Notes: generated by a model not told the origin, from the sequence alone. Positions 10,225 to 20,341 are shown, numbered from the stretch's first letter. The stretch: 64,000 nt of DNA from Rhodoferax sp. (GCF_013297935.1 NZ_JAAFIX010000004.1:154168-218167); one strand, 5' to 3'. Numbers and translations: made by a program.

Positions 10225-11429
10225 GGACTGAGCACCCACACGGTGCCTTCGGTGCGCAAGCGGTAGCCACGCGACTGCAGGCTGTCGCGCACCGTTTCGG
10301 GTGGTGTCTCTTGGCCGCTTGGGGGGGTAATACGCAACTCGCCTGCTATGAATTCAATAGCTTGTGGCGCAGTATTTGCGGGGGCTAAGGCCCCAAATGA
10401 TTCCAAAAGTCGCTCCAGGTCGCGGGCCTGGGACTGGCCACCGGTCTGGCCCAGGGCGTCGACCGCGCGTTGCATTTGCAGTGGCGCGTCCACCACCACG
10501 GTGGTGGCCGGGAAGGTGCGCAGCAAGATGTCTTGGAGGGCGCTGCGTTGTTCTTTCAGGGCCTGCCGGGCTTGCCAGGCTTGGGCATTCAGTCCGACCA
10601 ACTGCACGACGGCTAAGAGGCCTAAGGCCCACCGTGCCGGCCGCCAGGCAGGGGCTTGCCAGAGTGCCTTTGCGGCGTCGGTGGCCCGCGCTGTCCAGTG
10701 GCTGCGGCTGGTGAACTCGCCTTGGGCGAGGCTCCACGGGGCGCTGGCTGCTGCGCGCAAGCGGTCTGCCCGGTGTTGCACCACGACCTCACGGTGCAGC
10801 AGTTGCTCCGCCAGCTCGGCACAGGCCGGCTCGGCGAACACGTTGCGGATGGGGGCCGGTGGCGGGTTGCTGCGGTGTCGCTGGTGCACACCGTCGGCAT
10901 CGAACCACGTCCAGACAGCGTCTTCAGGCTCACCGGTCATCCAGAGTGTGTCGGGGGTGGCCGAATCCGCGGGGGCCCACTCGGGGACGATGCCGTCCAG
11001 CCCATGCCCCGCCTGCCGGACCGCGTCTACCGCGCCTTGCAGCCATGCGCGCTGGCACACGGCGACCCAACAGGGGCCGGCGTCTGCGCTGCGCGCTTGG
11101 AGTGCGAAGTGGAGCTGGGCGGGGTCGTCGAGGAGCTGGTCTTCCAGCAGGCTCTCTAGCACGGCGCGCAGCCGCACGGCTTGCCGCGCCTGCCCGTCCC
11201 GCCCTAGCAGGCCCGGTGGCAAAGTGACCCGGTGCCATGACAGTGCCGAGGCCGGCACGATCAGGACCACGCTGGTCTGGCTGGCCGTAGCGGGCGGAAC
11301 CCCCGGCGTGCGTTGGCTAGTCTGCGCGGCGTCGCCGTGAACCCACTCCCATGCGGCGGAGTCCGTGGCATGGGGGGCGGGGGGCATCACAAGGTGGTGG
11401 GGCATGGCCGGGTCATTGTACGAAGGCAT
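10221..11429 (-). CDS. gspL: T2SS protein L (start may be 11405)
   Basis: LLEDQLLDDPAQLHFAL cytoplasmic-domain motif; TM; FPATTVVVDAPLQMQR. Confidence 0.85.
   Translation of the reverse strand: MPSYNDPAMPHHLVMPPAPHATDSAAWEWVHGDAAQTSQRTPGVPPATASQTSVVLIVPASALSWHRVTLPPGLLGRDGQARQAVRLRAVLESLLEDQLLDDPAQLHFALQARSADAGPCWVAVCQRAWLQGAVDAVRQAGHGLDGIVPEWAPADSATPDTLWMTGEPEDAVWTWFDADGVHQRHRSNPPPAPIRNVFAEPACAELAEQLLHREVVVQHRADRLRAAASAPWSLAQGEFTSRSHWTARATDAAKALWQAPAWRPARWALGLLAVVQLVGLNAQAWQARQALKEQRSALQDILLRTFPATTVVVDAPLQMQRAVDALGQTGGQSQARDLERLLESFGALAPANTAPQAIEFIAGELRITPPSGQETPPETVRDSLQSRGYRLRTEGTVWVLSP
10345..10398 (-). repeat. 54-bp element, copy 3 (inside gspL)
   Basis: Reverse complement atttggggcctTAGCCCccgcaaatacTGCGCcacaAGCTattgaattcatAGC; encodes FGALAPANTAPQAIEFIA. 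Confidence 0.8.
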
Positions 11430-12381
11430 CCACAGGCGCTTCGCGTTCTTTCCAGAGGGGTTTCACCAGTAGACCTTCGCGCTGCAGGGTGGTGCGCTCC
11501 TGGGTGGCAAAGCCGCCCAGCCGCAGTCGCGTGCGCACCTCAAAAAAACGGGAGTTCACGCTCAGCTGGGTCTGTGGCAGTGCCGTCTCGGGCAGCCCGG
11601 TGGCGGTCTGCACTTCAGCCATGCTGCGCAGGGGGCTCTGGGCGCGGCGCTCCAGCAGGCGCTGAGCCGTGGCACTGTCCATGCCCGGTATGCTGGCTTG
11701 TAGCACCAGCGCCGACGCGGTGTTGACGTTGACGGTGCTGCGGTCGGGCAGCACCACGATGTGGGGGCTGAGCCGGGCGAGCGTGCGCTCGGACAAGCCC
11801 AGCCAGAGCAGCTGCTCCCGACTGCGCGGCAGCAGGGGTGTGCCGGTAGCGGTCTGCTGCGCCGCAGGCTTGGCGGACGGGGCTTGCAAGCCCGCGCGTA
11901 AGTTGCTGACCAGGAGCTGCAGTTCCGCCGGAGGCAGCTGCAGCAAGTCGAACAGACGGTTAAAGGCCTGCAGCGTCGGGGCGTGAATGTCGGCGTCCAG
12001 CACCAGGTTGGTGGTGTTCAGCCGGGCTTGCAGGTCGCTGATGCCGCCGGACAGGAAGGCGCTTTGCAGCACATCGGCAGGTAGCGTGTCGTCGATGGCA
12101 GCGCCGTTGGCTAAAAAAGAGCTGAGCTTGGCTTCTTGCAGCGTGATCGCCCAGGGTTCGCCCAGGTGGTCGACGGCGGCAGTGCGCGCATCTTCCCGCA
12201 GGATCAGGCGTGCCCAGTCGGTCGCGCCTTGCAAGATCCACTGGGCCTGAACCCGGGCCCGCTCACTGGCTTCAAGGTCCAGGGCGCGCGCCTGTTGCCA
12301 CAGCGCGGCGGTGCTGAGGGTGGCGACCAGCGCCATCAGCAGGAGCGCTGTCAGGATGGCTGCGCCGCGTTGCGGCCTCAT
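11413..12381 (-). CDS. gspK: T2SS minor pseudopilin K
   Basis: QRGAAILTALL prepilin-like start; DHLGEPWA; ISDLQARLNTTNL; VNVNTAS. Confidence 0.9.
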   Translation of the reverse strand: MRPQRGAAILTALLLMALVATLSTAALWQQARALDLEASERARVQAQWILQGATDWARLILREDARTAAVDHLGEPWAITLQEAKLSSFLANGAAIDDTLPADVLQSAFLSGGISDLQARLNTTNLVLDADIHAPTLQAFNRLFDLLQLPPAELQLLVSNLRAGLQAPSAKPAAQQTATGTPLLPRSREQLLWLGLSERTLARLSPHIVVLPDRSTVNVNTASALVLQASIPGMDSATAQRLLERRAQSPLRSMAEVQTATGLPETALPQTQLSVNSRFFEVRTRLRLGGFATQERTTLQREGLLVKPLWKEREAPVDAFVQ

Positions 12382-13055
12382 GGCGCATCTCCGGTCAGGG
12401 TCGGGCGAGCCCAGTCCCGCACCAGGGTGCCGCCTAGCGGGTGCACAGGCGGCAGGGTCAAGATCAGCCGGATGCCGTCGGGTTGCGCCGAAGTCTCGGG
12501 GGTTCCCGCGCTGGCGCCGGCACTGGAGAGCGGGTTACTCCAGGCACCCCCGCGGTTGAAAAACAGTTGCCAGCCCGTGAGCGCGACGATGCGCACCTCG
12601 GTGCCGCGGGTGGCGCTGGTGGGGGCACCTTGTGTCCACGCGGCAGCAGTGGCCCAGGCTGCCTGCCAGCCTTCCCGCGTGGTGACCGGGCCCGACTGCC
12701 ATCGCAGCCAGTAGGCAATGCCATCCCGCTCGGCGCGCGTCCACGCCACCACGCGTGCACCGGCACCCGCCTCGGGGGCGCGGCGGGTCAGCCGCAAAGC
12801 CCGGCCATCCCACTCCAGGCTGCGGGTCTGCGGAATGTCTTGCACTGCGTCCAGGTCGGCGGCCCATTGGTTCAAGCCCGCTTCGGTGGTGAGCACGGCA
12901 TCGTTGTGACGCTGGTTGACCTCCATGGCGGTCTGCATGCCTGCCAGCGCTTGCCACCCGACGGTGGCCATCAAGGCCATGATGGCCAAGGCCACCAGAA
13001 GCTCAATCAGAGTGAATCCGCCCGCCCGGCGGCTCGTTATGCGCGTCGCCATCAA
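12378..13055 (-). CDS. gspJ: T2SS minor pseudopilin J
   Basis: GGFTLIELLVALAIMA prepilin cleavage/methylation motif; operon position. Confidence 0.88.
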   Translation of the reverse strand: MMATRITSRRAGGFTLIELLVALAIMALMATVGWQALAGMQTAMEVNQRHNDAVLTTEAGLNQWAADLDAVQDIPQTRSLEWDGRALRLTRRAPEAGAGARVVAWTRAERDGIAYWLRWQSGPVTTREGWQAAWATAAAWTQGAPTSATRGTEVRIVALTGWQLFFNRGGAWSNPLSSAGASAGTPETSAQPDGIRLILTLPPVHPLGGTLVRDWARPTLTGDAP

Positions 13056-13429
13056 TACCGCCCCATGACGGTACTGAGCAGTAGCAGGGGGCTCCCGCCA
13101 AGCGCGACCCGGGCTTCGATCCGCCGGAAATTGGGGTTAGGGGTTGGCTGCACTAGCAGCCGCAGCTCGAACACTTGCCCGGCTTGCGTGCATTCCTCGG
13201 CCGTGTCGCCCACGTCGGGCAACTGCCGGCCCAAGCGGTATTGGACGAGGGCATTTTCAGCGCACAGCTGTGCCAACACGCGGTTGCTCTGGCGCTCGGT
13301 ACTGCGTGTCATGGTGGCGCTGGCGCGCAGCCCGGCGATCAAGGTGACGGCAACGATGGCCAGCGCCACCAGAACTTCGATCAGGGTGAATCCGCGGGGC
13401 TGGCGGCCTGCGTGCAGTGGCGCGCTCAC
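13052..13429 (-). CDS. gspI: T2SS minor pseudopilin I
   Basis: RGFTLIEVLVALAIVA; GTG start overlapping the gspH stop. Confidence 0.88.
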   Translation of the reverse strand: MSAPLHAGRQPRGFTLIEVLVALAIVAVTLIAGLRASATMTRSTERQSNRVLAQLCAENALVQYRLGRQLPDVGDTAEECTQAGQVFELRLLVQPTPNPNFRRIEARVALGGSPLLLLSTVMGRY

Positions 13430-13908
13430 GGCGTGGGTCCTTGGGGCGGGCTGTTGGTAACCTGAAAGGCCCGGAGTCCGTCGCTGGTGATCCATCGCCT
13501 GCTATCGGCGTTTTCGCGGTTGCTCAGCCGAATGGTTTGGGGCCCGATGACCGGCTCCGGCCCGAGGGGAACCGGTGCCTCGCTCGCGGCTTGCAGCTCC
13601 GGGGTTTCCCAGCGCTGCGCGCGCACCAGGCTGCCTTGCCGGATTTCAAAGCCCGTGGGCGTGGCGCGCCACTCCAGTCGCACACCGGTTGCGCGCGATT
13701 CGGCACGGGCGGCTTCCAGTACTGCCACCAGGCGCTGAGCTTCGCGGTCTATCTGCGTCTGGGCGCTGTCGCGCAGTGCCAGCACGACGGTGGCCGATGC
13801 CATGCCCACGATGGCAAGCACGACCATCAGCTCCAGCAAGGTAAACCCACGCGCGGGCCTGCGCGGACAGGGGGCCGGGCCTGCGTTACCAGTTGCCGAA
13901 GTCGGCAT
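13426..13908 (-). CDS. gspH: T2SS minor pseudopilin H
   Basis: RGFTLLELMVVLAIVG; REAQRLVAVLE helix. Confidence 0.85.
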   Translation of the reverse strand: MPTSATGNAGPAPCPRRPARGFTLLELMVVLAIVGMASATVVLALRDSAQTQIDREAQRLVAVLEAARAESRATGVRLEWRATPTGFEIRQGSLVRAQRWETPELQAASEAPVPLGPEPVIGPQTIRLSNRENADSRRWITSDGLRAFQVTNSPPQGPTP

Positions 13909-14320
13909 CTTTACCTTCGCCACCGGCTTGGCCGTCTGCGCCGAACGACATCACATCGACCTCTCCTTTGATACCGGGGTTGATGTAGAGATAGGCGCGG
14001 TTCCAGGGGTCCGTGGGCAGCTTGTCGATGTAGGGGCGCCAGTTGGGCGGGACGGTGCCGGTGGTCGGCTTGGTGACCAGTGCCTGCAGGCCCTGTTCGC
14101 CCGAGGGGAAGCGCTGGTTGTCGAGTTTGTAGAGTTTGAGCGCCTGTGTCAGGTTGGCAATATCGGTTTTGGCTGCGGTGACCCGCGCGTCATCGGCACG
14201 GTCGAGCACGTTGGGCACGATCAATGCAGCGAGCACGCCAATGATGACCAGCACCACCATCAGTTCAATCAGGGTGAAGCCGCGCTGGGCGCTACGTTGC
14301 ATGCGGTTGATGAGTTTCAT
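13886..14320 (-). CDS. gspG: T2SS major pseudopilin G
   Basis: QRGFTLIELMVVLVIIGVLAALIVPN; LYKLDNQRFPSGEQGLQALV; LPTDPW; YINPG. Confidence 0.95.
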   Translation of the reverse strand: MKLINRMQRSAQRGFTLIELMVVLVIIGVLAALIVPNVLDRADDARVTAAKTDIANLTQALKLYKLDNQRFPSGEQGLQALVTKPTTGTVPPNWRPYIDKLPTDPWNRAYLYINPGIKGEVDVMSFGADGQAGGEGKDADFGNW

Positions 14321-14377
14321 GGTGCGGGTGGTGCAGGTGGTTGTACGGGGGGTGTGCCGGAGCTTGTGTCCATCATA

Positions 14378-14866
14378 ATGCGGCCCATGTTGAGCACAGC
14401 TTCCCTTTGGCCCCCGCGACTTGCTGCCTTGCTGTTGTCTGCCCTGGCGGCAGTCAGTGGTGTGTACTGGGTTTTGCACTGGCGTTTGCCGGTGCAGGTT
14501 GCCCGTGCGGGTGTGGTGGCAGACAGCGGGCCCGCGGTCGATGTTGCGTCCGTAGCCCGGGCATTGGGTGCGGTACCTGGCAATGTCGCAAGTCCCACGC
14601 TTGCATTGGCAGCGCCGGGTGCAGATGCTGCCCGTTTTGCGTTGCAAGGAGTATTGGGTGGGGCCCAAGCGGGGACCGCCCTGATTGCCATCGACGGCAA
14701 GGCCGCCAAGCCCTATGCCTTAGGGGCGGAACTGGTAGAGGGCTGGAGCCTGCTCCGGGTGGCAGGTCGCACGGCGGTGCTGGGCCGCCAAGGCACCGAG
14801 CTGGAACTGGCCTTGCCACCTTTGCCCCAAGCGGCTACAGGTAAAAAGACGCTCCAACCCTTATAA
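14378..14866 (+). CDS. GspC-like T2SS accessory protein
   Basis: Divergent from gspG; N-terminal TM; LQGVLGG..ALIAIDGKAAKPYALG HR-domain-like segment. Confidence 0.65.
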   Translation: MRPMLSTASLWPPRLAALLLSALAAVSGVYWVLHWRLPVQVARAGVVADSGPAVDVASVARALGAVPGNVASPTLALAAPGADAARFALQGVLGGAQAGTALIAIDGKAAKPYALGAELVEGWSLLRVAGRTAVLGRQGTELELALPPLPQAATGKKTLQPL

Positions 14867-14897
14867 ATAAAGGGCGACTAGCTATCATTTTTGCAAA
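14844..14897 (+). repeat. 54-bp element, copy 4 (degenerate; spans the stops of gspC-like and ilvA)
   Basis: aaaagacgctcCAACCCttataaataaAGGGCgactAGCTatcatttttgcAAA; same spacing as the other copies. Confidence 0.55.
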
Positions 14898-16531
14898 AAC
14901 ATGCGGTAGACCGGGTTGTGGGTTTCTTCCACATACGGGTAGGCCAGTGTCTGCAAAAACGTTGCAAACGCTTTGTCATCCGCTGCGGGAACCTGCAGCC
15001 CGACCAGAATGCGGCCGTAGTCGGCGCCTTGGTTGCGGTAGTGGAAGAGGCTGATGTTCCAGCCCGGGCGCATGAGGCTTAAGAACTTCATTAGCGCGCC
15101 CGGCCGCTCGGGGAACACAAACCGCAGCAGCCGCTCGTCTTGCGCCAGGCTGGAGATGCCGCCCACCATGTGGCGGATGTGCTCTTTGGCCAGTTCGTCA
15201 TGCGTCAAGTCCAGTGTCTTGAAGCCGTTTTTCTCAAAATTCTTGGCTACCTTGGTCGATTCGCCCTTGCTCTGGGTGGTCAGGCCCACAAACACGTGGG
15301 CTTTGGCTGCGTCGCTGATGCGGTAGTTGAACTCGGTCACGTTGCGCGTGCCGCCGGGTAGCTCGCCGATCAGCTCGCAAAAGCGCTTGAAGCTGCCTCG
15401 CTCTTCAGGAATGGTGACGGCAAACAAGGCTTCTCGCTCCTCGCCCACTTCGGCCCGCTCGGCCACAAAGCGCAGGCGGTCGAAGTTCATATTGGCACCG
15501 CACAAAATGGCGGCATAGGTTTCGCCCTTGGTTTTGTGTTCGGCCACGTATTGTTTGATGGCAGCCACCGCCAGAGCGCCAGCCGGCTCGACGATGCAGC
15601 GGGTGTCCACAAAAATATCTTTGATGGCGGCGCACACCGCATCGGTGTCGACCGTCACATAGCTGTCGACCAGCTCGCTGGCCACGCGGAAGGTCTCTGC
15701 GCCTACCAGTTTCACGGCAGTGCCGTCAGAGAACAAGCCCACGTCGCCCAAGGTGACACGCTCCTCCGCCTCAACCGACTGAATCATGGCGTTGGAGTCG
15801 TTCATTTGCACACCAATGACCTTGACGCCCGGCGCCACTGCCTTGATGTAGTTGGCCACACCCGAAATCAGCCCGCCTCCGCCAATGGCCACAAACACCG
15901 CATCAATGCCGGGTCCGGTTTTGCTCCCGGTTTTGTGGCCGGACTTGGCCGCCTTGTCGGCACCCAGTGTCTGCACCTGGCGCATGATTTCCATGGCCAC
16001 GGTGCCTTGGCCCGCTATCACGTCCGGGTCGTCAAACGGGTGCACAAAGGTCAGCCCTTCTTTCTTTTGCAGGGCGACCGCGTGGTCATAGGCGTCTGAA
16101 TAGCTTTCTCCTGCCAACACGACCTCGCCGCCGAATCCGCGCACAGCGTCCACCTTGAGCTGAGGGGTGGTGGTGGGCATCACGATCACGGCGCGCACGC
16201 CCATGCGGCTGGCGGACAAAGCGACGCCTTGGGCATGGTTGCCGGCAGATGCGCAAATGACGCCCTTGGCGATTTGCTCGGCGGGCATTTGGGCCATTTT
16301 GTTATAGGCGCCACGCAGCTTGAAACTGCGCACCGGCTGCTGGTCTTCCCGCTTGAACAGCACGGTGTTGTGGAGGCGCCGGCTCAGGGTGCGAGCAGGT
16401 TCGAGCGCGGTCTCAATCGCCACGTCGTACACACGGGCGGTCAAGATTTTTTTCAGGTAATCCGCAGGAGTGAGCGGGGTGGCAGTCGGGGCTGCAGGGA
16501 ATTCGGAGGAGGAAGAGGGCTTGGTGCTCAC
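14885..16531 (-). CDS. ilvA: Threonine ammonia-lyase, biosynthetic (start uncertain, GTG chosen)
   Basis: KREDQQPVRSFKLRGAYN (PLP Lys); SAGNHAQG; C-terminal regulatory domain FPERPGAL. Confidence 0.95.
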   Translation of the reverse strand: MSTKPSSSSEFPAAPTATPLTPADYLKKILTARVYDVAIETALEPARTLSRRLHNTVLFKREDQQPVRSFKLRGAYNKMAQMPAEQIAKGVICASAGNHAQGVALSASRMGVRAVIVMPTTTPQLKVDAVRGFGGEVVLAGESYSDAYDHAVALQKKEGLTFVHPFDDPDVIAGQGTVAMEIMRQVQTLGADKAAKSGHKTGSKTGPGIDAVFVAIGGGGLISGVANYIKAVAPGVKVIGVQMNDSNAMIQSVEAEERVTLGDVGLFSDGTAVKLVGAETFRVASELVDSYVTVDTDAVCAAIKDIFVDTRCIVEPAGALAVAAIKQYVAEHKTKGETYAAILCGANMNFDRLRFVAERAEVGEEREALFAVTIPEERGSFKRFCELIGELPGGTRNVTEFNYRISDAAKAHVFVGLTTQSKGESTKVAKNFEKNGFKTLDLTHDELAKEHIRHMVGGISSLAQDERLLRFVFPERPGALMKFLSLMRPGWNISLFHYRNQGADYGRILVGLQVPAADDKAFATFLQTLAYPYVEETHNPVYRMFLQK

Positions 16532-16644
16532 AGGGCTACACTCCGGTAGGTGAAAAAGGCAGTCAGGTAGCTCCGCGCGGAGCATTGCCTGGCATTGTAT
16601 CGATTTAGAGAGTTGCCCCGCGCGGGGCTTGAGAAGGAAACACC

Positions 16645-17094
16645 ATGGAATGCACAGTCAGTTGGACCGGCGGCCTCAACACCCGCTCCGGTATGGGTTT
16701 TGTGGCTGAAACCGGCAGTGGTCACACCTTGATGATGGACGGCGCGCCCGACGCAGCCAAGCCGGAAAACGGCGGCCAAAACCTGGCACCCCGCCCCCTG
16801 GAAACTGTCTTGGCCGGTACCGGTGGCTGCACGGCCTATGACGTGGTGCTGATTTTGAAGCGCGGTCGCCACGATGTGCAGGGCTGCACCGTCAAGCTCA
16901 CCGCTGAGCGTGCCGAGGTGGATCCCAAGGTGTTCACCAAGATCCATATGCAATTCACCGTGACCGGCAAAGGCATACCTGCCGGAGCGGTGGAGCGGGC
17001 TATTGCCATGAGCCACGACAAATACTGCTCCGCCAGCATCATGCTGGGAAAAACAGCGGAGATCACCACAGGATTTGACCTGATAGAGGTCTGA
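16645..17094 (+). CDS. OsmC/YhfA family protein
   Basis: APRPLETVLAGTGGCTAYDVV and KYCSAS motifs. Confidence 0.85.
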   Translation: MECTVSWTGGLNTRSGMGFVAETGSGHTLMMDGAPDAAKPENGGQNLAPRPLETVLAGTGGCTAYDVVLILKRGRHDVQGCTVKLTAERAEVDPKVFTKIHMQFTVTGKGIPAGAVERAIAMSHDKYCSASIMLGKTAEITTGFDLIEV

Positions 17095-17150
17095 AGTCCG
17101 CGCAGTGTCGGCCTTTCGCGGCGACGCCGGTTGCCGCTGGGTTTGCCTGC

Positions 17151-17768
17151 CTAAATGCGCGCGGCCACCGTCGTCATGACCTTGGCGGCTGCACGCATCA
17201 GCGACTTGACCGGAGCCGGTAAATCAACAGCGCCGGCCGCTGTTGCCTCATCGGCGTGTCGCAACTCGTCAGTGCGCATTTGCGAAACAATGGCGCGCGA
17301 CTCGTGATCCGTGTCGGGTAGCAGGCTGAGGTGACTCTCCAGATGGGCGCCCACCTGGCGTTCGGTTTCCACCACAAAGCCCAGGCTGGCAGCGTCGCCC
17401 AACCGTCCGGCCAGTAGGCCCAGCCCGAAAGCGCCTGCGTACCACAGCGGGTTCAATAAAGAGGGGCGGGAGCCCAAGGCCTCCAGCCTTTGGGCTGTCC
17501 AGGCCAAATGGTCCGTTTCTTCGGCACACGCTTGTGTGAAGTGCGCGCGCAGAGCCTTGTTGGGAGTCGCCAACGCCTGCGCTGTGTATAAAGCCTGAGC
17601 ACAGACTTCTCCCACATGATTCACACGCATCAGGCCAGCAGCTCTCTTTTTGTCTGCATCGCTCAGCACGGTGGCTCTATCGGGCAGTGTGGGGCATGCC
17701 TGAGAGGCGCGCGGGGTGGCAAACAAGGTGCGCAAGGCGGTATCGGCAGCGTTTAATAGGGAATCCAT
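17151..17768 (-). CDS. coq7: Demethoxyubiquinone hydroxylase (di-iron)
   Basis: [15 protein letters not shown]; EETDH; [13 protein letters not shown]; DELRH. Confidence 0.92.
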   Translation of the reverse strand: MDSLLNAADTALRTLFATPRASQACPTLPDRATVLSDADKKRAAGLMRVNHVGEVCAQALYTAQALATPNKALRAHFTQACAEETDHLAWTAQRLEALGSRPSLLNPLWYAGAFGLGLLAGRLGDAASLGFVVETERQVGAHLESHLSLLPDTDHESRAIVSQMRTDELRHADEATAAGAVDLPAPVKSLMRAAAKVMTTVAARI

Positions 17769-17956
17769 ACAAGTGGGATAAAAAATCTAACGTTGCGTCT
17801 TGACAACAGTTCATTGTAAAACGGATCAGTAATAACCCGTTGACACATTGGTGTGCGGTACCTCTGATGTAATCTCGACATCTCCTTGACCGAGGAGGTC
17901 ATTAATCAGGTAACCAAACGGTGCCAGATTCTTGTTTAACTTTGGAGCCACCCCTC

Positions 17957-18943
17957 ATGAAAAAAACCCTCATTGCATTGGCAGTTTTGTCTGCAACCAG
18001 CGCATTTGCCCAAGTGACACTCACTGGTACTGTTCGCGCTGCTTACCAAAAAACCAACTCCTCTGATTTCACTGAAAATCAATCCGGCTTGGCTTTGACC
18101 GACGCCACCATCGGCGTTGCAGCTACCGAAGACCTCGGCAGCGGCATGAAGGCCAGCGCTGGCATCACTTTGGACCAGAACAGCTCCGCTTTCCCCGCAG
18201 GTTCTGCACCTGCTGGCACCGCCGCTGCGTTGAACACCAACGGAAGCCGCGCTAGCACTGGTTCTATCAATCGTCGTAATACTTTCGTTCAAGTGCAAGG
18301 TGACTTCGGCTTGGTTCGTTTTGACCAAACTCGCTCCGGCGATCTGATCACACGCGCTTGGGTTGCTCCTTCTAACCTGGACCAAGGCATTTACGACGGT
18401 TCTAACATTGTTGCCCGTGCTGGCATTGATGCATTGACTTACGGTATGGCTTTTGGCCCTGTGACCGCTAGCTTGCAGTACGTTGAAACCGGCGCTGATG
18501 GCGTTTCTACTCCTAACGTCAACGTGACTGTCTTGAACCTGGGTTACGCTAATGGCCCCTTGGCCGCTGGCTTCTCCATCAAGAGCTCTGCGGGTGCCGG
18601 TACCACTAATTTCGCTCGCACTATCAACAACGAAGCATTTGTAACTTATGACTTCGGTGTGGCTCGTGTGGGTCTGGGCTGGGACGGCGCCATGGCTGCT
18701 GCCTCTAGCGCAAACGCAGATGCGAATGCACTGGCCTTCGGTGTTGCTGTTCCTGTGACTTCCGCTCTGACACTGGGTGCCAACTACGCTACTCGTGATG
18801 TGAACAACACTACTGAGTTCGCTGCTGCCTACTCCCTGAGCAAGCGCACTGTGTTCAACGCCAGCTACGGCCGTCAAACCGCTAAAGAAACTGCAACGCG
18901 CACAGCGGACCAGTTCCGCATTTCTTTGGCTCACAACTTCTGA
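17957..18943 (+). CDS. Outer-membrane porin (Gram-negative general porin family)
   Basis: MKKTLIALAVL signal; ATEDLGSGMKA; YSLSKRT; C-terminal HNF; codon bias typical of highly expressed genes. Confidence 0.88.
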   Translation: MKKTLIALAVLSATSAFAQVTLTGTVRAAYQKTNSSDFTENQSGLALTDATIGVAATEDLGSGMKASAGITLDQNSSAFPAGSAPAGTAAALNTNGSRASTGSINRRNTFVQVQGDFGLVRFDQTRSGDLITRAWVAPSNLDQGIYDGSNIVARAGIDALTYGMAFGPVTASLQYVETGADGVSTPNVNVTVLNLGYANGPLAAGFSIKSSAGAGTTNFARTINNEAFVTYDFGVARVGLGWDGAMAAASSANADANALAFGVAVPVTSALTLGANYATRDVNNTTEFAAAYSLSKRTVFNASYGRQTAKETATRTADQFRISLAHNF

Positions 18944-18981
18944 TCGGATGAGCGCCTAGCGCGCTTTCTCTCGTAAAGATT

Positions 18982-19013
18982 AAAAACCCGCCACGCTGTG
19001 GCGGGTTTTTTTT
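18982..19013 (+). terminator. Intrinsic terminator after porin 1
   Basis: aaaaacccgccac-gct-gtggcgggtttttttt. Confidence 0.9.
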
Positions 19014-19259
19014 GGTCTATATCTTTTAGCTTTAAAAGCAGGCGAAACACAACGGGGACCGGCTTAAATGCCCTTGCCGAAGTGTTGTTTATTGGCCTCA
19101 GAGCAGCATGTAATCCGAATGTAATAAAGACATCTGCCTATCTTTTTCAAGTGTTTCCCTACAATCAAGTTTGCCTTGTTGGCTATTCAGGTTCCGGTTG
19201 AGCACGTGACATTTGTCCTGTAACAGCGGAATTTTTATTTTTTTCTATTGGAGTAATCT

Positions 19260-20186
19260 ATGCGTTCACAATTCAAATTGGCTCTGATTGCCGGTGCTTG
19301 CTTGGTGGCAACTGCTGCTTCCGCTCAAGTGGCTTTCGATGCAAACTACGAAAATGACACCACTTACACTGACGCTAAGCCCGCTACGACCACTAACGAA
19401 GGCCGCGCGGAATTGAACGCTACTGCTATGGCCAAGAATGGCAGCAATTTTGTTTCCGCCAAGGGCACTATTCGTCTGAAGCAAGACGGAACCAATAGCA
19501 TTGAAGATGCTTGGATCAAAGCTGGTACTTCTGCAGTGGACGTCACACTCGGCCGCTTCGAAGCTGCTGACTTGTTCCCCACGGGCCAAGACACTCTGGT
19601 ATCTAAGGCCCAAAATGGCGGAAGTGACGCTGTTGCCGGATATACAGCTAGCGCCTTGCGTGGCCGTACTACTGCTAACAACGGCACAAACCCATTGCAT
19701 GCTGTGGTGGGTGTAAATGCTGGCGCTCTGCGCGCTGAATTGGGCTTGTTTGCTGCTACTGGCGCTGCGAATACTACCCAAACTTACGGTCTGCGCCCCA
19801 CATTGGTATACACCGCTGGCGCGTTGACTCTGCGCGGTGGTTTCGAAAACATCAAGGCAACAAACGCAGCTGACCAAAACGGTTACGGCTTGTCCGTGGG
19901 TTACGCTCTGTCTTCCAGCAGCAATGTGAACGTGAACTACGCTAGCAACACCGACAGCAAGAACTCTTCTGTGGGTGCTAACGCTACCTTCGGCGGCTTG
20001 GGCTTGGGCGTCATTCAAGACAAGAACAACACCAACTCCACCACTACCTTCTACGCATCTTACGCAATGCCTTTGTTGGGTGTGAAGGGTGCAACTCTGA
20101 CTCCTGCTATCAGCAACTCCACTACTGATGTTGCCGGTGTTGCTTCTGTGACTGCCCTGCGCGCTCGCATCAACTACGCTTTCTAA
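19260..20186 (+). CDS. Outer-membrane beta-barrel/porin of a divergent family
   Basis: Signal peptide ending ASA; amphipathic beta-strand pattern; C-terminal RINYAF. Confidence 0.75.
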   Translation: MRSQFKLALIAGACLVATAASAQVAFDANYENDTTYTDAKPATTTNEGRAELNATAMAKNGSNFVSAKGTIRLKQDGTNSIEDAWIKAGTSAVDVTLGRFEAADLFPTGQDTLVSKAQNGGSDAVAGYTASALRGRTTANNGTNPLHAVVGVNAGALRAELGLFAATGAANTTQTYGLRPTLVYTAGALTLRGGFENIKATNAADQNGYGLSVGYALSSSSNVNVNYASNTDSKNSSVGANATFGGLGLGVIQDKNNTNSTTTFYASYAMPLLGVKGATLTPAISNSTTDVAGVASVTALRARINYAF

Positions 20187-20210
20187 TCTGATTAGATTAG
20201 CTTAGTGAAT

Positions 20211-20237
20211 AAAAAGCCCGCTTCGGCGGGCTTTTTT
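20211..20237 (+). terminator. Intrinsic terminator after porin 2
   Basis: aaaaagcccgc-ttcg-gcgggctttttt. Confidence 0.9.
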
Positions 20238-20341
20238 ACGATCCAATGATCGACTGACGATGACTGAAGGCGGGTGTTGTGGCCTTACCCCAGCAGGGGT
20301 GAGGCCGAAAAAAGGCGGTCACTGCAACTTGTGCCGCGTTC

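Noticed and set aside
17792-17807. GTTGC-N6-ACAAC dyad upstream of porin 1 as a specific operator
   Set aside because: Imperfect, single instance that overlaps a TTGACA-like promoter element; no regulator can be assigned from sequence.
17936-20186. Lower GC in the two porin genes as a sign of horizontal transfer; Ser-rich antisense ORFs
   Set aside because: GCT/ACT/AAC codon bias is typical of highly expressed native genes and is also seen in groEL. The antisense ORFs are a by-product.
20281-20312. Hairpin ggccttacccc-agca-ggggtgaggcc followed by A6 as the hexR terminator
   Set aside because: The A/U tract is on the wrong side for termination in either direction. It is a single-copy hairpin of unclear function.
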